Below are positions 18,462 to 28,565 of a stretch of DNA of 64,000 nucleotides, piece after piece. Origin of the DNA: a virus (lineage: Duplodnaviria; Caudoviricetes); IMG/VR virus record IMGVR_UViG_3300031998_000008, positions 96,001 through 160,000 of that record; one strand, 5' to 3'. Below the pieces are notes generated by a model that saw nothing but the letters and a program-made list of their open reading frames with translations, was not told the DNA's origin and did no database searches. Numbering within the stretch: the stretch's first letter is position 1; every line of letters starts with the position of its first letter. The position numbers and the translations under genes were made by a program.

Positions 18462-19426
18462 GTAAAATAATAGATAATACATTGGTCATGTCACAAGAAG
18501 AAACCTTTAATGAAATGACAAAGTTTCTTTCTGAAAATCAAGCGCCTGATGTTGATAGAAAATTGATTAAAGAGCAAATTGATAACATAATAAATGAGGA
18601 ATTGGGAATTGCTGATGAGGTTCTTAAACTTAGCGATTTAATAGAAAAGAAAATATACCAATTACTTAATAATGGTACGTGGGAAGGGGTTTTCAATGTT
18701 AAAACAGACTTGTCAGAAGTAAATGTTGATTTTGCGTACAATGATTTTGCAACAACAAGTGACGCTATTATGTGGATTAAATATAATAGGGGAAATGATG
18801 GCTATTCATATAAAACAAATACAATATATATAACGTTAGTTTCAGTTAACGGGTATATGAATGACTATGATTTGGCTGATACAATTCAACATGAATGCAC
18901 ACATTATTGGGAGTTGAAGAATCGTGGTGAAGATACATATAATTCTGTATATGAAAAAGTTGTACAAGGTGTTAATAGTAGAAATCCTGTTCTTGAACTT
19001 ATGTGTTCCATTCTATATTATTCAAACAAGAGTGAACTTAATGCTTTTGTGAATGGTACTTATGCAAGTGCCATGAAAAAGAAGACAAAGTATGAAAGTT
19101 ACAATGAATTTATAGCCGACAATCAAGTAAATGATATTTATGAAGTTCTTAAAGATGCAAAATCATTAATTGAAGAGAAAAATCAACCACTTATTTTCTC
19201 AGCATCTTTTTGGATTGTCAGTAATGGAATACTTAATTGTGAAATAGATGATGTTCCAAACAAAATAATTAAAATTGCAAATAATAGTTTTAATTATCTA
19301 ATGAAGAAGATAGGACGTGCTTATGCATTCTATTGTAAAAAACTTGAAGAGTATGAGGAACAGATGATGCACCAACGAATTAAGAATATATTTAGAAAAT
19401 GTGGAATAAAAAATGGCGATGTTTAA
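18458..19426 (+). CDS. Zincin-like metallopeptidase (HExxH) with tag
   Basis: TIQHECTHYW, downstream ELNAF; N-terminal LIKEQIDNIINEE. Confidence 0.65.
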   Translation: MSKIIDNTLVMSQEETFNEMTKFLSENQAPDVDRKLIKEQIDNIINEELGIADEVLKLSDLIEKKIYQLLNNGTWEGVFNVKTDLSEVNVDFAYNDFATTSDAIMWIKYNRGNDGYSYKTNTIYITLVSVNGYMNDYDLADTIQHECTHYWELKNRGEDTYNSVYEKVVQGVNSRNPVLELMCSILYYSNKSELNAFVNGTYASAMKKKTKYESYNEFIADNQVNDIYEVLKDAKSLIEEKNQPLIFSASFWIVSNGILNCEIDDVPNKIIKIANNSFNYLMKKIGRAYAFYCKKLEEYEEQMMHQRIKNIFRKCGIKNGDV

Positions 19427-19440
19427 GCACCGCCATTTTT
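19409..19440. terminator. Bidirectional terminator embedded in two convergent CDS ends
   Basis: AAAAATGGCG..TTAA..CGCCATTTTT; both stop codons share the central TTAA. Confidence 0.75.
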
Positions 19441-19728
19441 ATTTGCTATTTTTGAAAATTCGCTTGAAAATTCAGCTCTCATGTCTTTGTTTTTGTAGAG
19501 TTCCATGATTTTTCTACAACATTCCATTATAATGCTTCCGACTCCACGAATACTTATGTTTTGGTATTCTTTACCTATATTTAATTTTGCACCAAAATTG
19601 TACAATTTCATAACTACTGTTTCCAAGCTACTACCATCTTCAAAACCTTCGCTGATAACTCGTTTTGTCGCTTCAGTTACCAAATATTGTAAATCTTGTT
19701 CCGTTAATGTCATTTTTTCGTTTTTCAT
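19423..19728 (-). CDS. Small putative internal head protein with tag
   Basis: MTLTEQDLQYLVTEATKRVISEG. Confidence 0.7.
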   Translation of the reverse strand: MKNEKMTLTEQDLQYLVTEATKRVISEGFEDGSSLETVVMKLYNFGAKLNIGKEYQNISIRGVGSIIMECCRKIMELYKNKDMRAEFSSEFSKIANKNGGA

Positions 19729-20456
19729 TGGTTTAATATTGGGTACATTCTTATTATTCTATTCATTATGCTCCTAACTTGTGATTCATAGTTTTCACGT
19801 TTAGCATATCTGTGGCCGTTCATGTTTACAAATGACTTAGGACTTAATAAATCATCCAAAGTTTTTGTGTTGTTTTGTAAGTAATCATTTTTGATTAGAT
19901 TTATAAATGGTACTATACTTTCATCTGGATTTGAATATGTGCAAACATTTTTACCATTATCATATGAGCCAACTGAAAATACACTGTTTGTTCTTTTTGC
20001 TCTTGGTGTTTGTCCAAAGCATGATTCCAAATTTGCGATTGCCATTGTAAATGCAAGATTGAAATTGTTTTCTTCGCAAGCAGTAACCAATGCCTCAGGC
20101 GTTAAATCTGTTGTTGACCAATCATATCCTTGGTTTTTCATTGCCCATTCCATATAATCTTTACATGCTTGTACTTTTTGGTCATGTATTGTATCTTCCT
20201 GTGGCATTGTATCTTCCGATGCTTCTGTTTGTACCATTTGCTTTAATTCGTTTTTCTCATTATTACTAATATCCAATCGTGCAACCGCACTTAAAATTGC
20301 TGCAACGGTTACACCTGCAAGCAAAGCCTTTTTTATTTTAGACTTTAGAACTTGCATATTTATGGATTCATTTAGTTCACAAAGAAGCAAATCCTCATAT
20401 TGTTCATGTATAAGGATTTGTTTTAATTGTGATTCTGTGAGAACGACTTTTTTCAT
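19725..20456 (-). CDS. Lysozyme-like / glucosaminidase (GH73-like) with tag
   Basis: AFTMAIANLESCFG, NSVFSVGSYD and RYA..NYE motifs; N-terminal VVLTESQLKQIL plus a hydrophobic segment. Confidence 0.7.
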   Translation of the reverse strand: MKKVVLTESQLKQILIHEQYEDLLLCELNESINMQVLKSKIKKALLAGVTVAAILSAVARLDISNNEKNELKQMVQTEASEDTMPQEDTIHDQKVQACKDYMEWAMKNQGYDWSTTDLTPEALVTACEENNFNLAFTMAIANLESCFGQTPRAKRTNSVFSVGSYDNGKNVCTYSNPDESIVPFINLIKNDYLQNNTKTLDDLLSPKSFVNMNGHRYAKRENYESQVRSIMNRIIRMYPILNQ

Positions 20457-21361
20457 TACTCAAATATATTTGAAAGTTCTATCAAGTTGCAAATATCCTC
20501 ACCGATTGTATCCAATGAGAATTTCTTGTTATTTACTTGTTCAAGTACTGATGATAATCTTTGGCTTGAATTTTTGTCACCTTTTTCGTCAAAATTGGTT
20601 TTTGCTTTAGAAATGCTTTCAGCACATAATGATTTATATTTGTTGAATATTTCTTCTCTGTTTTCGCTTGATGCTATTTCTTTAAGAACCCTTGCCTCTT
20701 CTTCGTTTAGTGAATCTGAGTATTTTTTATTGAATTCATTTAAAAGTTCATTTGCCAATTCATCAAGATTCTTTGCCTCGAAAATATTTTCAGCGTTTTC
20801 ATTGTTTTCGATGCTTTCTCTAATGATTTTAACAGCATCGCTGTATTCTGACATGTTATTCAATGAATATTTGTTTTCAACAATGTAGTCAATTGCTGAG
20901 TACAACTTTTTGTTTTCATTCGGAACTAATTCATTTGCTTTTTCTCCAACTGTCAAATAACCTTCAGCCAATACCATACCAAGAGACTTAACGTCTTCTT
21001 TTAGTGTTGCTTTGTTGATATTAAGGTCCTTTTCTGAAAGTTTGTTTATGAAGAAATTAACGTCAGTGTTCTTACCTGATTTTCTAATTCCCTCACAAAT
21101 AGTCTGCATTGTTGAAAGGTTCTTGTTTGAATTAACCAATGAAATATATTTGTTCAATATTCCTTTTCCTTCACGTGTCTTGAAAAGTTCAGGTGATAAT
21201 GACTCAAAGCATTCTTTGATATAGCCAAAACTCTTGTTTGACAAATCATCAGCCTTTGCGACCAATTTTATGAATTTAATCCTTGAATTGCATTCTTCAT
21301 TTAATTTGGCCCTATAGTCTTCTACTTCTTTGATTGTATTAAAAGATTTTATTTTGTCCAT
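20456..21361 (-). CDS. Hypothetical late protein next to the portal
   Basis: 301 aa, helical; late motif at 21376-21384. Confidence 0.75.
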   Translation of the reverse strand: MDKIKSFNTIKEVEDYRAKLNEECNSRIKFIKLVAKADDLSNKSFGYIKECFESLSPELFKTREGKGILNKYISLVNSNKNLSTMQTICEGIRKSGKNTDVNFFINKLSEKDLNINKATLKEDVKSLGMVLAEGYLTVGEKANELVPNENKKLYSAIDYIVENKYSLNNMSEYSDAVKIIRESIENNENAENIFEAKNLDELANELLNEFNKKYSDSLNEEEARVLKEIASSENREEIFNKYKSLCAESISKAKTNFDEKGDKNSSQRLSSVLEQVNNKKFSLDTIGEDICNLIELSNIFE

Positions 21362-21375
21362 TTTTAATTTTTCTT

Positions 21376-21384
21376 ATAAATAGT
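21376..21384 (-). promoter_or_regulatory. Putative late promoter motif
   Basis: ACTATTTATA on the minus strand. Confidence 0.7.
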
Positions 21385-21389
21385 TTATT

Positions 21390-23540
21390 TTAATCATTAA
21401 TTGTATCACCTGAGATACCATTTAAGTCGGAAATTGCTTCATTGATTAAAGTCTCACGATTTAATTCATCCTCATCAATCAATGTATCAATTTTATCACA
21501 AATATTTTTGATATTTTCTTGCAATGTTGCGTTCTTTATGTCGTAATCAATTACTTCTTCAACTCCATCGTTTTGCTTTTGGTTTTCTGAAAGCAAATCC
21601 ATGTATTCTTCAAATGATGATTTACGGCCTTTAGGGTATGCAATTTCTGCAAGCATATCAAAGTATTTGCTTGTAAATGTCTTTGCTATTCCTGATTTTC
21701 CATTTTCTCTTAAAATTTTCTTGTTAATTCTACGTGATTCCATCGGCATACCACTATCTGCATCAGGTGCTCCACCCATATCGGTTTCACCTGCTTCTCC
21801 ATTCATATCACCTTCCATGTCGGCTCCTGGTTCTCCAATATCCAATCCTTCATCACCCATATCACCGCCAATTGGTGCTCCGCCGAGGCCACCGCCTCCG
21901 CCACCCATTCCATCATCTTCTCCTTGTTGTGGCTGTTGTTGATTTGGATTGTGCATTGCGGCATAATCTCCGTAGATTCTATCTGTTATATCAAACATTC
22001 CTGTGTGCTTAATGATATTTGCTGTTGCTGCAAGTTCAGCAGCCATTGCTTTTTCAAGCCTTATTTCATTAAACATATCTTTGATTTCCGAATCGCTCAT
22101 CTTCATAATTTTCTTCAATGCTCTGTGCATTGACATCATAGGCATACCTGTTCCTGGGTCTGCAAGTGCTGTTTGCATTGCTGTTAAACGTTTTTGAAGG
22201 TCATCAAGTTCTTGCGATTCGATAAGAGTTGTAGGACTGTTCAATGTAAGCGAAAAATTGCCAATTTCATCTGCAAGGCCCATAATATACAAGTGAATCA
22301 TAGCAATCTTGTTAAGTTCCATCAACAAGAATTGTTGTATTCTATTAATCATTCTTGCAAATCTAATATCCATGAATGAAAGATTTTGTCCTTTACCTTG
22401 TGCTTCTTGGAAATTCAAGAAAGTCTTAGGGACTCTCATTGCAGCAAAAATCTTGTTTTGCATGTATTCAATATCTTCCATTTGGACTTGGCTATTAGCC
22501 GCTTGAAGAGTTTCGATTGGGTTTGGCGCATCTTCCCTTCTAACAGGGATGAAGTAGTCACTTGAAACATCCAAGAAATTCTTTCTCAAATCAACCTGGC
22601 CAGTCATTGGGTCAATGATTTGTGTTCTTTTGAAGTTGTTTGCAATCTCATTGATATATGCAGGAACGTCAGCATCATCAATAGCACCAACATAAACCTT
22701 ATAAACACGTCTCTCAATTGCTTTATCCAATCTCCAAATAAGCATTGCATCTTCCATCATTGACCACATTCTCCATGCTCTACGTGCTTTATGCAACATT
22801 GAAACACCATAAGGTAAGAAGAATGAGTCGTTTAACAATCTGAAGTGTGCAACCTGCCAATTAAAGTATGGATTATCTCCGTTGTGTCCTTTCCATACGA
22901 ACCTAATGTCATCAGGCTTAATTTCACTTGTTTGCTGAACAACTGTTTGTGTATATGTTGAGCCATATCCATTTTCTTCACGGTCAACTTCGTAAACAGG
23001 CATCATCATCCAACCCATGACACCGTTTGATTTGTCAATGTTCAATAACATGAATGTATTTCCATATTTTGTAACATGACGTGCAATCATGGGCAATTCT
23101 GTATAAATATGAAGCCTATTCACAAACAAATCTTCCAATATTGATTTTGTCCTTTGTGATTTTGAATATATATTAAGCATCATACCCTCTGAATTAATTG
23201 GGCATGCTTCCTCAGATATAATATCCAATGCAGAACCAATTTCACAAGTTCCATCCATTAAATCAGCATCACGGTACATCAATTTAACAGCGTTGTAACC
23301 CGCCAAACTTTCCATGGCGTTGTCAGCACCTGCTTTTTTCCATTGATATGCCAAATACTTTTGCTGCTTGAAAGTTTCTAACTTTCTTTCATATTCAGCC
23401 CTGTCGTTTGTGCTGAAAAGAACTTCGTTTCTTTCTTCATAGTTCTTTGATGTCACAACTGACTGAGGAACTTGGTTATTTGAAGGGCCCCTGAACACGT
23501 CAGTAAGCCTTTGAAATATAGTTTGATTGTTATTTGCCAT
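21390..23540 (-). CDS. gp20: Portal protein (T4 gp20-like)
   Basis: MMEDAMLIWRLDKAIERRVYKVYVG, DYFIPVR, IETL, EDIEY, DIRFARMINRIQ. Confidence 0.93.
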   Translation of the reverse strand: MANNNQTIFQRLTDVFRGPSNNQVPQSVVTSKNYEERNEVLFSTNDRAEYERKLETFKQQKYLAYQWKKAGADNAMESLAGYNAVKLMYRDADLMDGTCEIGSALDIISEEACPINSEGMMLNIYSKSQRTKSILEDLFVNRLHIYTELPMIARHVTKYGNTFMLLNIDKSNGVMGWMMMPVYEVDREENGYGSTYTQTVVQQTSEIKPDDIRFVWKGHNGDNPYFNWQVAHFRLLNDSFFLPYGVSMLHKARRAWRMWSMMEDAMLIWRLDKAIERRVYKVYVGAIDDADVPAYINEIANNFKRTQIIDPMTGQVDLRKNFLDVSSDYFIPVRREDAPNPIETLQAANSQVQMEDIEYMQNKIFAAMRVPKTFLNFQEAQGKGQNLSFMDIRFARMINRIQQFLLMELNKIAMIHLYIMGLADEIGNFSLTLNSPTTLIESQELDDLQKRLTAMQTALADPGTGMPMMSMHRALKKIMKMSDSEIKDMFNEIRLEKAMAAELAATANIIKHTGMFDITDRIYGDYAAMHNPNQQQPQQGEDDGMGGGGGGLGGAPIGGDMGDEGLDIGEPGADMEGDMNGEAGETDMGGAPDADSGMPMESRRINKKILRENGKSGIAKTFTSKYFDMLAEIAYPKGRKSSFEEYMDLLSENQKQNDGVEEVIDYDIKNATLQENIKNICDKIDTLIDEDELNRETLINEAISDLNGISGDTIND

Positions 23541-23578
23541 ATATATTGTTAATTATTAATTAATATAAGTTTATTTCA

Positions 23579-24676
23579 TTATAAGTAAACATTCTTTAAG
23601 TCATCAAAATTTGATACTCCGAACTTTTTAAGCACATATGCACCTAATTCCATTATTTTTGTTGAATCATTGTCATCTGGATATTCAATTGAATTTAATT
23701 TTCTTATTGGTGCGTTTGTTGTTGATGTTAATAACTCACAGCTTTCTTGAAAACTTGTCCCGTAAGAATGTCTAATTTGATTTATTAAATCACCTTTATA
23801 TTGTTCAAGGCCAAATTGTTTTAAAACACTTGAAATTGTATCAAATGCTTCTTTATCTTTCTTGTAAATCTTTCCGTGTGTTAAAATATTAAATAAATGC
23901 TCTAATATCGTGACATATGTGTTTGTTTTTCTGAATCCATTAAGAACTTTATATCTTTCTGAATTTGTATAACTATTGTCAATGTACGGCTGTGAACCGC
24001 TATTATATTCATTTTCAATTTCAGCGTTTATGTTCTTTTCTGACATTGAGTTAAACGCATTTAAGTCGTTATACACAAATACGTTTATCTTTAAGCGCCT
24101 ACCTAACATGTAAATCGTTGTGGCCATTTCTCTTTCACGTTCAATTGTGCTTTCTCTTGAAGAATCCAAGTAAACATCAATTCGTGTTATATATTTATTA
24201 GCATTTTTGATTACTGGCTTGTATGAAAACACCCTATCTTCCATTTCGAAATCCTGATGTTCTCTTCTTGATGTTGTAAATCCTTTTCCAAACACATCAT
24301 TATATTCAGGGTCATAGTATTTTTGCTTATATTGCCAATAATCCATTGGTTTTCCTTTGTAATTATGTCCTAATGCATCACCATCTAATTGTATTCTTAC
24401 GCAACTTCCAAATTTTCTTGCATATGATATGCTTTTACTTCTACTTCTTTGCGTTGATAAATAAAAAAATCGTTTGTTATCTTGTGCATCTGCTTTATTT
24501 GATGACATTGTTAGGTGAAATTCATTCTTCCCTAATATCTTTACACAAGAATCCAATGAAGCAAAATGATACGTAAGTTTACTCATGCTTTCTGAAATGA
24601 TTTTTTTGACACATTCAGAAACCATTTGTTTTATTTCGGAAATACCTAATTTATATGTGTTATTTTGTTCTATCAT
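23579..24676 (-). CDS. Tagged late protein, possible ADP-ribosyltransferase-like fold
   Basis: Tag ISEIKQMVSECVKKIISES, then LTYHF ... YLSTQRS ... EMEDR (H-S-E-like triad). Confidence 0.45.
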   Translation of the reverse strand: MIEQNNTYKLGISEIKQMVSECVKKIISESMSKLTYHFASLDSCVKILGKNEFHLTMSSNKADAQDNKRFFYLSTQRSRSKSISYARKFGSCVRIQLDGDALGHNYKGKPMDYWQYKQKYYDPEYNDVFGKGFTTSRREHQDFEMEDRVFSYKPVIKNANKYITRIDVYLDSSRESTIEREREMATTIYMLGRRLKINVFVYNDLNAFNSMSEKNINAEIENEYNSGSQPYIDNSYTNSERYKVLNGFRKTNTYVTILEHLFNILTHGKIYKKDKEAFDTISSVLKQFGLEQYKGDLINQIRHSYGTSFQESCELLTSTTNAPIRKLNSIEYPDDNDSTKIMELGAYVLKKFGVSNFDDLKNVYL

Positions 24677-24699
24677 TCTTATAGTACATTAATCCACTT

Positions 24700-24708
24700 A
24701 TAAATAGT
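24700..24708 (-). promoter_or_regulatory. Putative late promoter motif
   Basis: ACTATTTATA on the minus strand before 24676. Confidence 0.7.
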
Positions 24709-24769
24709 TTGTTGCTTTCATTTGATTATTAATTAAAATTTTTGTATATATATATGTAAAAAGCAGATT

Positions 24770-25018
24770 ATGGAAACATTTGAAGAAAGAGTTGAAAGAT
24801 ACATGAAATGTGACAAAAGAACGCTTGCAGAATTGCTTGCGATGAAGGAATTGGTTGGTGAAAATAAGCCACAAATTCCTTATATTGATGATTTGAGGCC
24901 AATTGGACCTTATTATGATAATCAGTTAGACCCAAATGTTGTAAGGCCATCTAAAACCGCTCCGTTTACATTTCCACCAAATTACGGGGATTGGGTTGTA
25001 ACTTGCTCAACAAATTAA
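24770..25018 (+). CDS. Hypothetical protein
   Basis: 82-aa ORF after a TTTTTGTATA-type promoter. Confidence 0.7.
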   Translation: METFEERVERYMKCDKRTLAELLAMKELVGENKPQIPYIDDLRPIGPYYDNQLDPNVVRPSKTAPFTFPPNYGDWVVTCSTN

Positions 25019-25027
25019 AATTGAATT

Positions 25028-25360
25028 ATGAAATTGTTTAGAAGAAAAAAGAAAATCAAGCCGCTTAATTTCAGTGTATTAAACGCATATCGTTGCGAAG
25101 CTTTATCAAGGCTTCGATTTTTTGGAAGATGGAGTGGATATTGGGAAACTACAATAGATGAAGTTAGATATAGAAGTGAAATTGTGAGTGGATTTAAATA
25201 CATTAGTGGTGATTATGGAAATTTTATAAGGGATTCTATATTGGATAGGGTTAGACTTCGTAAAGACAAGAAAAACAAAGAAATAATATCCAATATGATT
25301 AGGTATGGAAATGAGCGTTTCGTTGATAACGAAGGAAATGCTGAATGGTGGAATTTTTAA
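25028..25360 (+). CDS. Hypothetical basic protein
   Basis: 110-aa ORF ending at a terminator. Confidence 0.65.
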   Translation: MKLFRRKKKIKPLNFSVLNAYRCEALSRLRFFGRWSGYWETTIDEVRYRSEIVSGFKYISGDYGNFIRDSILDRVRLRKDKKNKEIISNMIRYGNERFVDNEGNAEWWNF

Positions 25361-25392
25361 AAAAAAAGCGGTCAAATGGCCGCTTTTCTTTT
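25361..25392. terminator. Bidirectional terminator
   Basis: A-tract GCGGTCA/TGGCCGC T-tract. Confidence 0.8.
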
Positions 25393-26530
25393 ATATTGCA
25401 TATATTCCTAATGGCGTATATTGCTGCAACTTAACGTTGCTTTCCATTAGTTCTGCTTGCTCTTTCATCATATTTGCAGGTCTCATTCTTTCAAGACGTT
25501 TTATTAATGCTTCCATGGCAGCATCGTATTCTTCTTTACCTTGTTGGATTAACATTTGGTAATCCATTGTCATTTCTGCTTGAGGAATACTTACCTTTCC
25601 TGAGAATTTACCTCTAATAAGACCAAGAGTTTGTTTTGCTTTTGCTATGAGCAATTGACGAACAATAACTTTTGCAGGTTCATTCAAGAAATCATATTGC
25701 ATGCTTTCCATTGGAACTTGGTCGGGGCTTAAAATAACGTCATCGGCGTGGTATAACATACACTCATCTTCACTTCCGTCTGATGTGTCATAATAAGTGT
25801 ACCATACTTCACATCCTATAAGTCCGATTCCACCTGTTGCTGTTGCACCTGCAAATCCAAATGATAATTTACTTCCTGGTGTTGACATTAAGTGCAATAA
25901 ATGTGTTCCGTCAGGACCTGCTGTTACCTTATAAGTTAAGTCGCCTCTGAATAATCTACTCTTGAAGTTCAAGTCTGCTGCCATATAAGCAACATCCATT
26001 GCTTGTGTTGTGTAGAATCCGCCAAGTCCGCCACCATATCCATATCCTGCTCCAACTTGACCAAGACCTGGCATGAATCCAACACCGCCGCCCATGTAGT
26101 TTGCAAATAAAGCGGTATCAGTCATAGGTGGGTTTACGTACATAACCTTATTAATTGTTCTTCCAGATGGTATTACATAAACTTGCTTACCTGCTTCAAT
26201 TGTTACGAAATCCTTTTTAAGTTCCCATGGACCTTCTTGTTGCAATCCAACTTGTTTTGAAAACCAATATGAGTATTGTTTTGTTAAATCAAGGTTTCTC
26301 ATCATAAAACCATACATTAACTCTTTTGCATTACTCATATTTTTTCCATAGAATCCCATCCATTGGTTCGCAATTATTTCATTTTGAACCCTTTCTGAAT
26401 AGTCTTGTATTGCAATTTGCAAAAGGTCACATAATTGTTCATCAGTCAATTCGACACTTCTAACAGGAGCACCGAGTGCTGAACGAACAAGTCTGAATAA
26501 ATATTCTATATCTTTTGTTATTTTAGTCAT
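25391..26530 (-). CDS. gp13: Neck protein (T4 gp13-like)
   Basis: LGAPVRSVELTDEQL N-terminus; AKAKQTLGLIRGKFSG ... GKEE C-terminus. Confidence 0.75.
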   Translation of the reverse strand: MTKITKDIEYLFRLVRSALGAPVRSVELTDEQLCDLLQIAIQDYSERVQNEIIANQWMGFYGKNMSNAKELMYGFMMRNLDLTKQYSYWFSKQVGLQQEGPWELKKDFVTIEAGKQVYVIPSGRTINKVMYVNPPMTDTALFANYMGGGVGFMPGLGQVGAGYGYGGGLGGFYTTQAMDVAYMAADLNFKSRLFRGDLTYKVTAGPDGTHLLHLMSTPGSKLSFGFAGATATGGIGLIGCEVWYTYYDTSDGSEDECMLYHADDVILSPDQVPMESMQYDFLNEPAKVIVRQLLIAKAKQTLGLIRGKFSGKVSIPQAEMTMDYQMLIQQGKEEYDAAMEALIKRLERMRPANMMKEQAELMESNVKLQQYTPLGIYAI

Positions 26531-26549
26531 TGCAAATAATTACTTTACT

Positions 26550-26558
26550 ATAAATAGT
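26550..26558 (-). promoter_or_regulatory. Putative late promoter motif
   Basis: ACTATTTATA on the minus strand before 26530. Confidence 0.7.
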
Positions 26559-26562
26559 TTGT

Positions 26563-28455
26563 TTAGACAATAAGCCATCTATATGGGCTAAATTTATCTT
26601 GTTTAAGGTCTTTATTTGTATAGAACGGCATTCTAAAGTCTTTCTTAGGTTCAATTGTCATTTCTGTTCTATAAGTTATATTGTGCGTCAATGTTTGTGC
26701 TGTTAATGTTGCTGATGCAGTCCAAGCCTTTAACATCGCTTTATCCTTTTCCTTTGCTGCAATGAATTTCTTCATTGAGAAGTTTATAACGAATGTTGTC
26801 ATTGCTAAGCATGTCAAAGTATCATCATGACAACCGTCTTGGTGGTCAATCTTAGCACTTGGGCCTTTGTAAATCCAAGTGTCAAGTTCACCGATAACAC
26901 GTTTAGACCTAATTTTAATTTGGTTAGTTTTAACCATGTTTGCAAAAGCAGTAAGCATTTGGAAACGAACAGCATTACTATGGAATCCTGGCAATTTACC
27001 ATCTTCAGTTGGCTTCAATGATGAAGCGTCACGTTGCATTGTATATTTATTCAAATCAGCATCATCATAGTAAAGATTTGGATATTTAAGTCTCAAAAGC
27101 ATTAAAACTGTAGCGTCACCGACACCACCTATACATTCAACAACACAGAACGCATCTCCATACATTTTACCATATCTATATGCGAGTTCACCAACATCGT
27201 CACCTGTCATTTTTCCATGGTATTCAAGAACTTGTTCAAGGCATGGCGTTCCATCATCATCAATACCATCCAAATCAAGAATTTCTATTGCAGTTCTATC
27301 TGCTGCATCACCTCTTGAGTTATCTATTCCCATTACATATCTATGCCCTGGTATTGGCTCTTTCCATATCCATGTATCATCAATTAACGGGTCCACATAC
27401 AATGGGTCTTTAACATTAAGTTTTTCCTGCATTTCAATAAATTCAGGTTCAACAACGTTTGATGCTGACCCCAAGAATGAAACATCCAACTCTTGTGCAA
27501 TTTTTTGTGAGTCGTTGTTGAATTGCTGACACATTTTTATGTACCAAGGTGAACGTGGGAGCCAACCGTCATTAATCATTTGGTCCCAATGTTCTTGGTC
27601 ATATTTTATATTACCCTCTTTATCAAGTAATGGCTCTTTTTCAATTAAAACTTCTCCTGTTTCTTCATCTTTTTTGGTCCATTCCAAGAACTTATTATAT
27701 CTTGGGTCTTGATACCATTTCATTTCAACAAGTTCAAAAGCGTTCCAATCTTTTGTTCCTTTTAATTTTGCTTTTCTACAAGTTTCATAGTAAAGCATAT
27801 CTTTACCGTTAGGGGTTGAAATCATGATAATGTGACCACCTGTTGAAACTGTAGGAAGTGCTGATGCGTAAACGTCTTTACCGTTTTCAATAAATGCAGC
27901 CTCATCGAATATAAGCCAGTTAACACCACCGACACCTCTAGATGCGTCAGGACCTGATGAACGTGCTACAACTTTACATCCGTTTTTAAGTTTAAGTTCC
28001 TTTGAGTTACATATTTCAAATATAACATTTTTGTTAGGCGGTGGAAGCAATGGGTCATATCCAATATCCATGTATTCATCACCCCACATCCATAACGGGA
28101 ATTGTAGTAAGAAGTATCTGATTTTAAACAACATTTGTTGTGCAAGGTCCAAAGTATTACCAATTGCCAAAACGGTTTGTGGTGAATCTTTGTCAGCAAG
28201 AACCATTTCACAGGCGATAAAAGCACCTGCCGTTGTTGTTATACCTGCCTGTCTTGGCTTTGTTGTAACAACGTTGTTTGCATTACCCAATACTTTACAC
28301 AAATCTTGCTGTCTTGGGAATAATTTGAATTGAACATCCCTTTTCTTTGTGTTATCGTATGTTTTAAGGAAGTGCTGTATCATATAGACACGGCTCTTAT
28401 CCTTATAACACTTTGTGTATTCTAACGCTAAATAATCATAATCTATTATCTGCAT
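26563..28455 (-). CDS. gp17: Terminase large subunit (T4 gp17-like)
   Basis: KPRQAGITT (Walker A), LIFDEAAFI (Walker B), ISTPNG, nuclease motifs GIDNSRGD and HDD. Confidence 0.95.
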   Translation of the reverse strand: MQIIDYDYLALEYTKCYKDKSRVYMIQHFLKTYDNTKKRDVQFKLFPRQQDLCKVLGNANNVVTTKPRQAGITTTAGAFIACEMVLADKDSPQTVLAIGNTLDLAQQMLFKIRYFLLQFPLWMWGDEYMDIGYDPLLPPPNKNVIFEICNSKELKLKNGCKVVARSSGPDASRGVGGVNWLIFDEAAFIENGKDVYASALPTVSTGGHIIMISTPNGKDMLYYETCRKAKLKGTKDWNAFELVEMKWYQDPRYNKFLEWTKKDEETGEVLIEKEPLLDKEGNIKYDQEHWDQMINDGWLPRSPWYIKMCQQFNNDSQKIAQELDVSFLGSASNVVEPEFIEMQEKLNVKDPLYVDPLIDDTWIWKEPIPGHRYVMGIDNSRGDAADRTAIEILDLDGIDDDGTPCLEQVLEYHGKMTGDDVGELAYRYGKMYGDAFCVVECIGGVGDATVLMLLRLKYPNLYYDDADLNKYTMQRDASSLKPTEDGKLPGFHSNAVRFQMLTAFANMVKTNQIKIRSKRVIGELDTWIYKGPSAKIDHQDGCHDDTLTCLAMTTFVINFSMKKFIAAKEKDKAMLKAWTASATLTAQTLTHNITYRTEMTIEPKKDFRMPFYTNKDLKQDKFSPYRWLIV

Positions 28456-28565
28456 GGTATATTCTCCTTATAAATAAATATGATAAATAGCATAAAAATT
28501 GTTTTTTTACTAAATAATTTGATTGGTAAGAAAATATTTTGTATAATAATAAAAATATTGATTTT

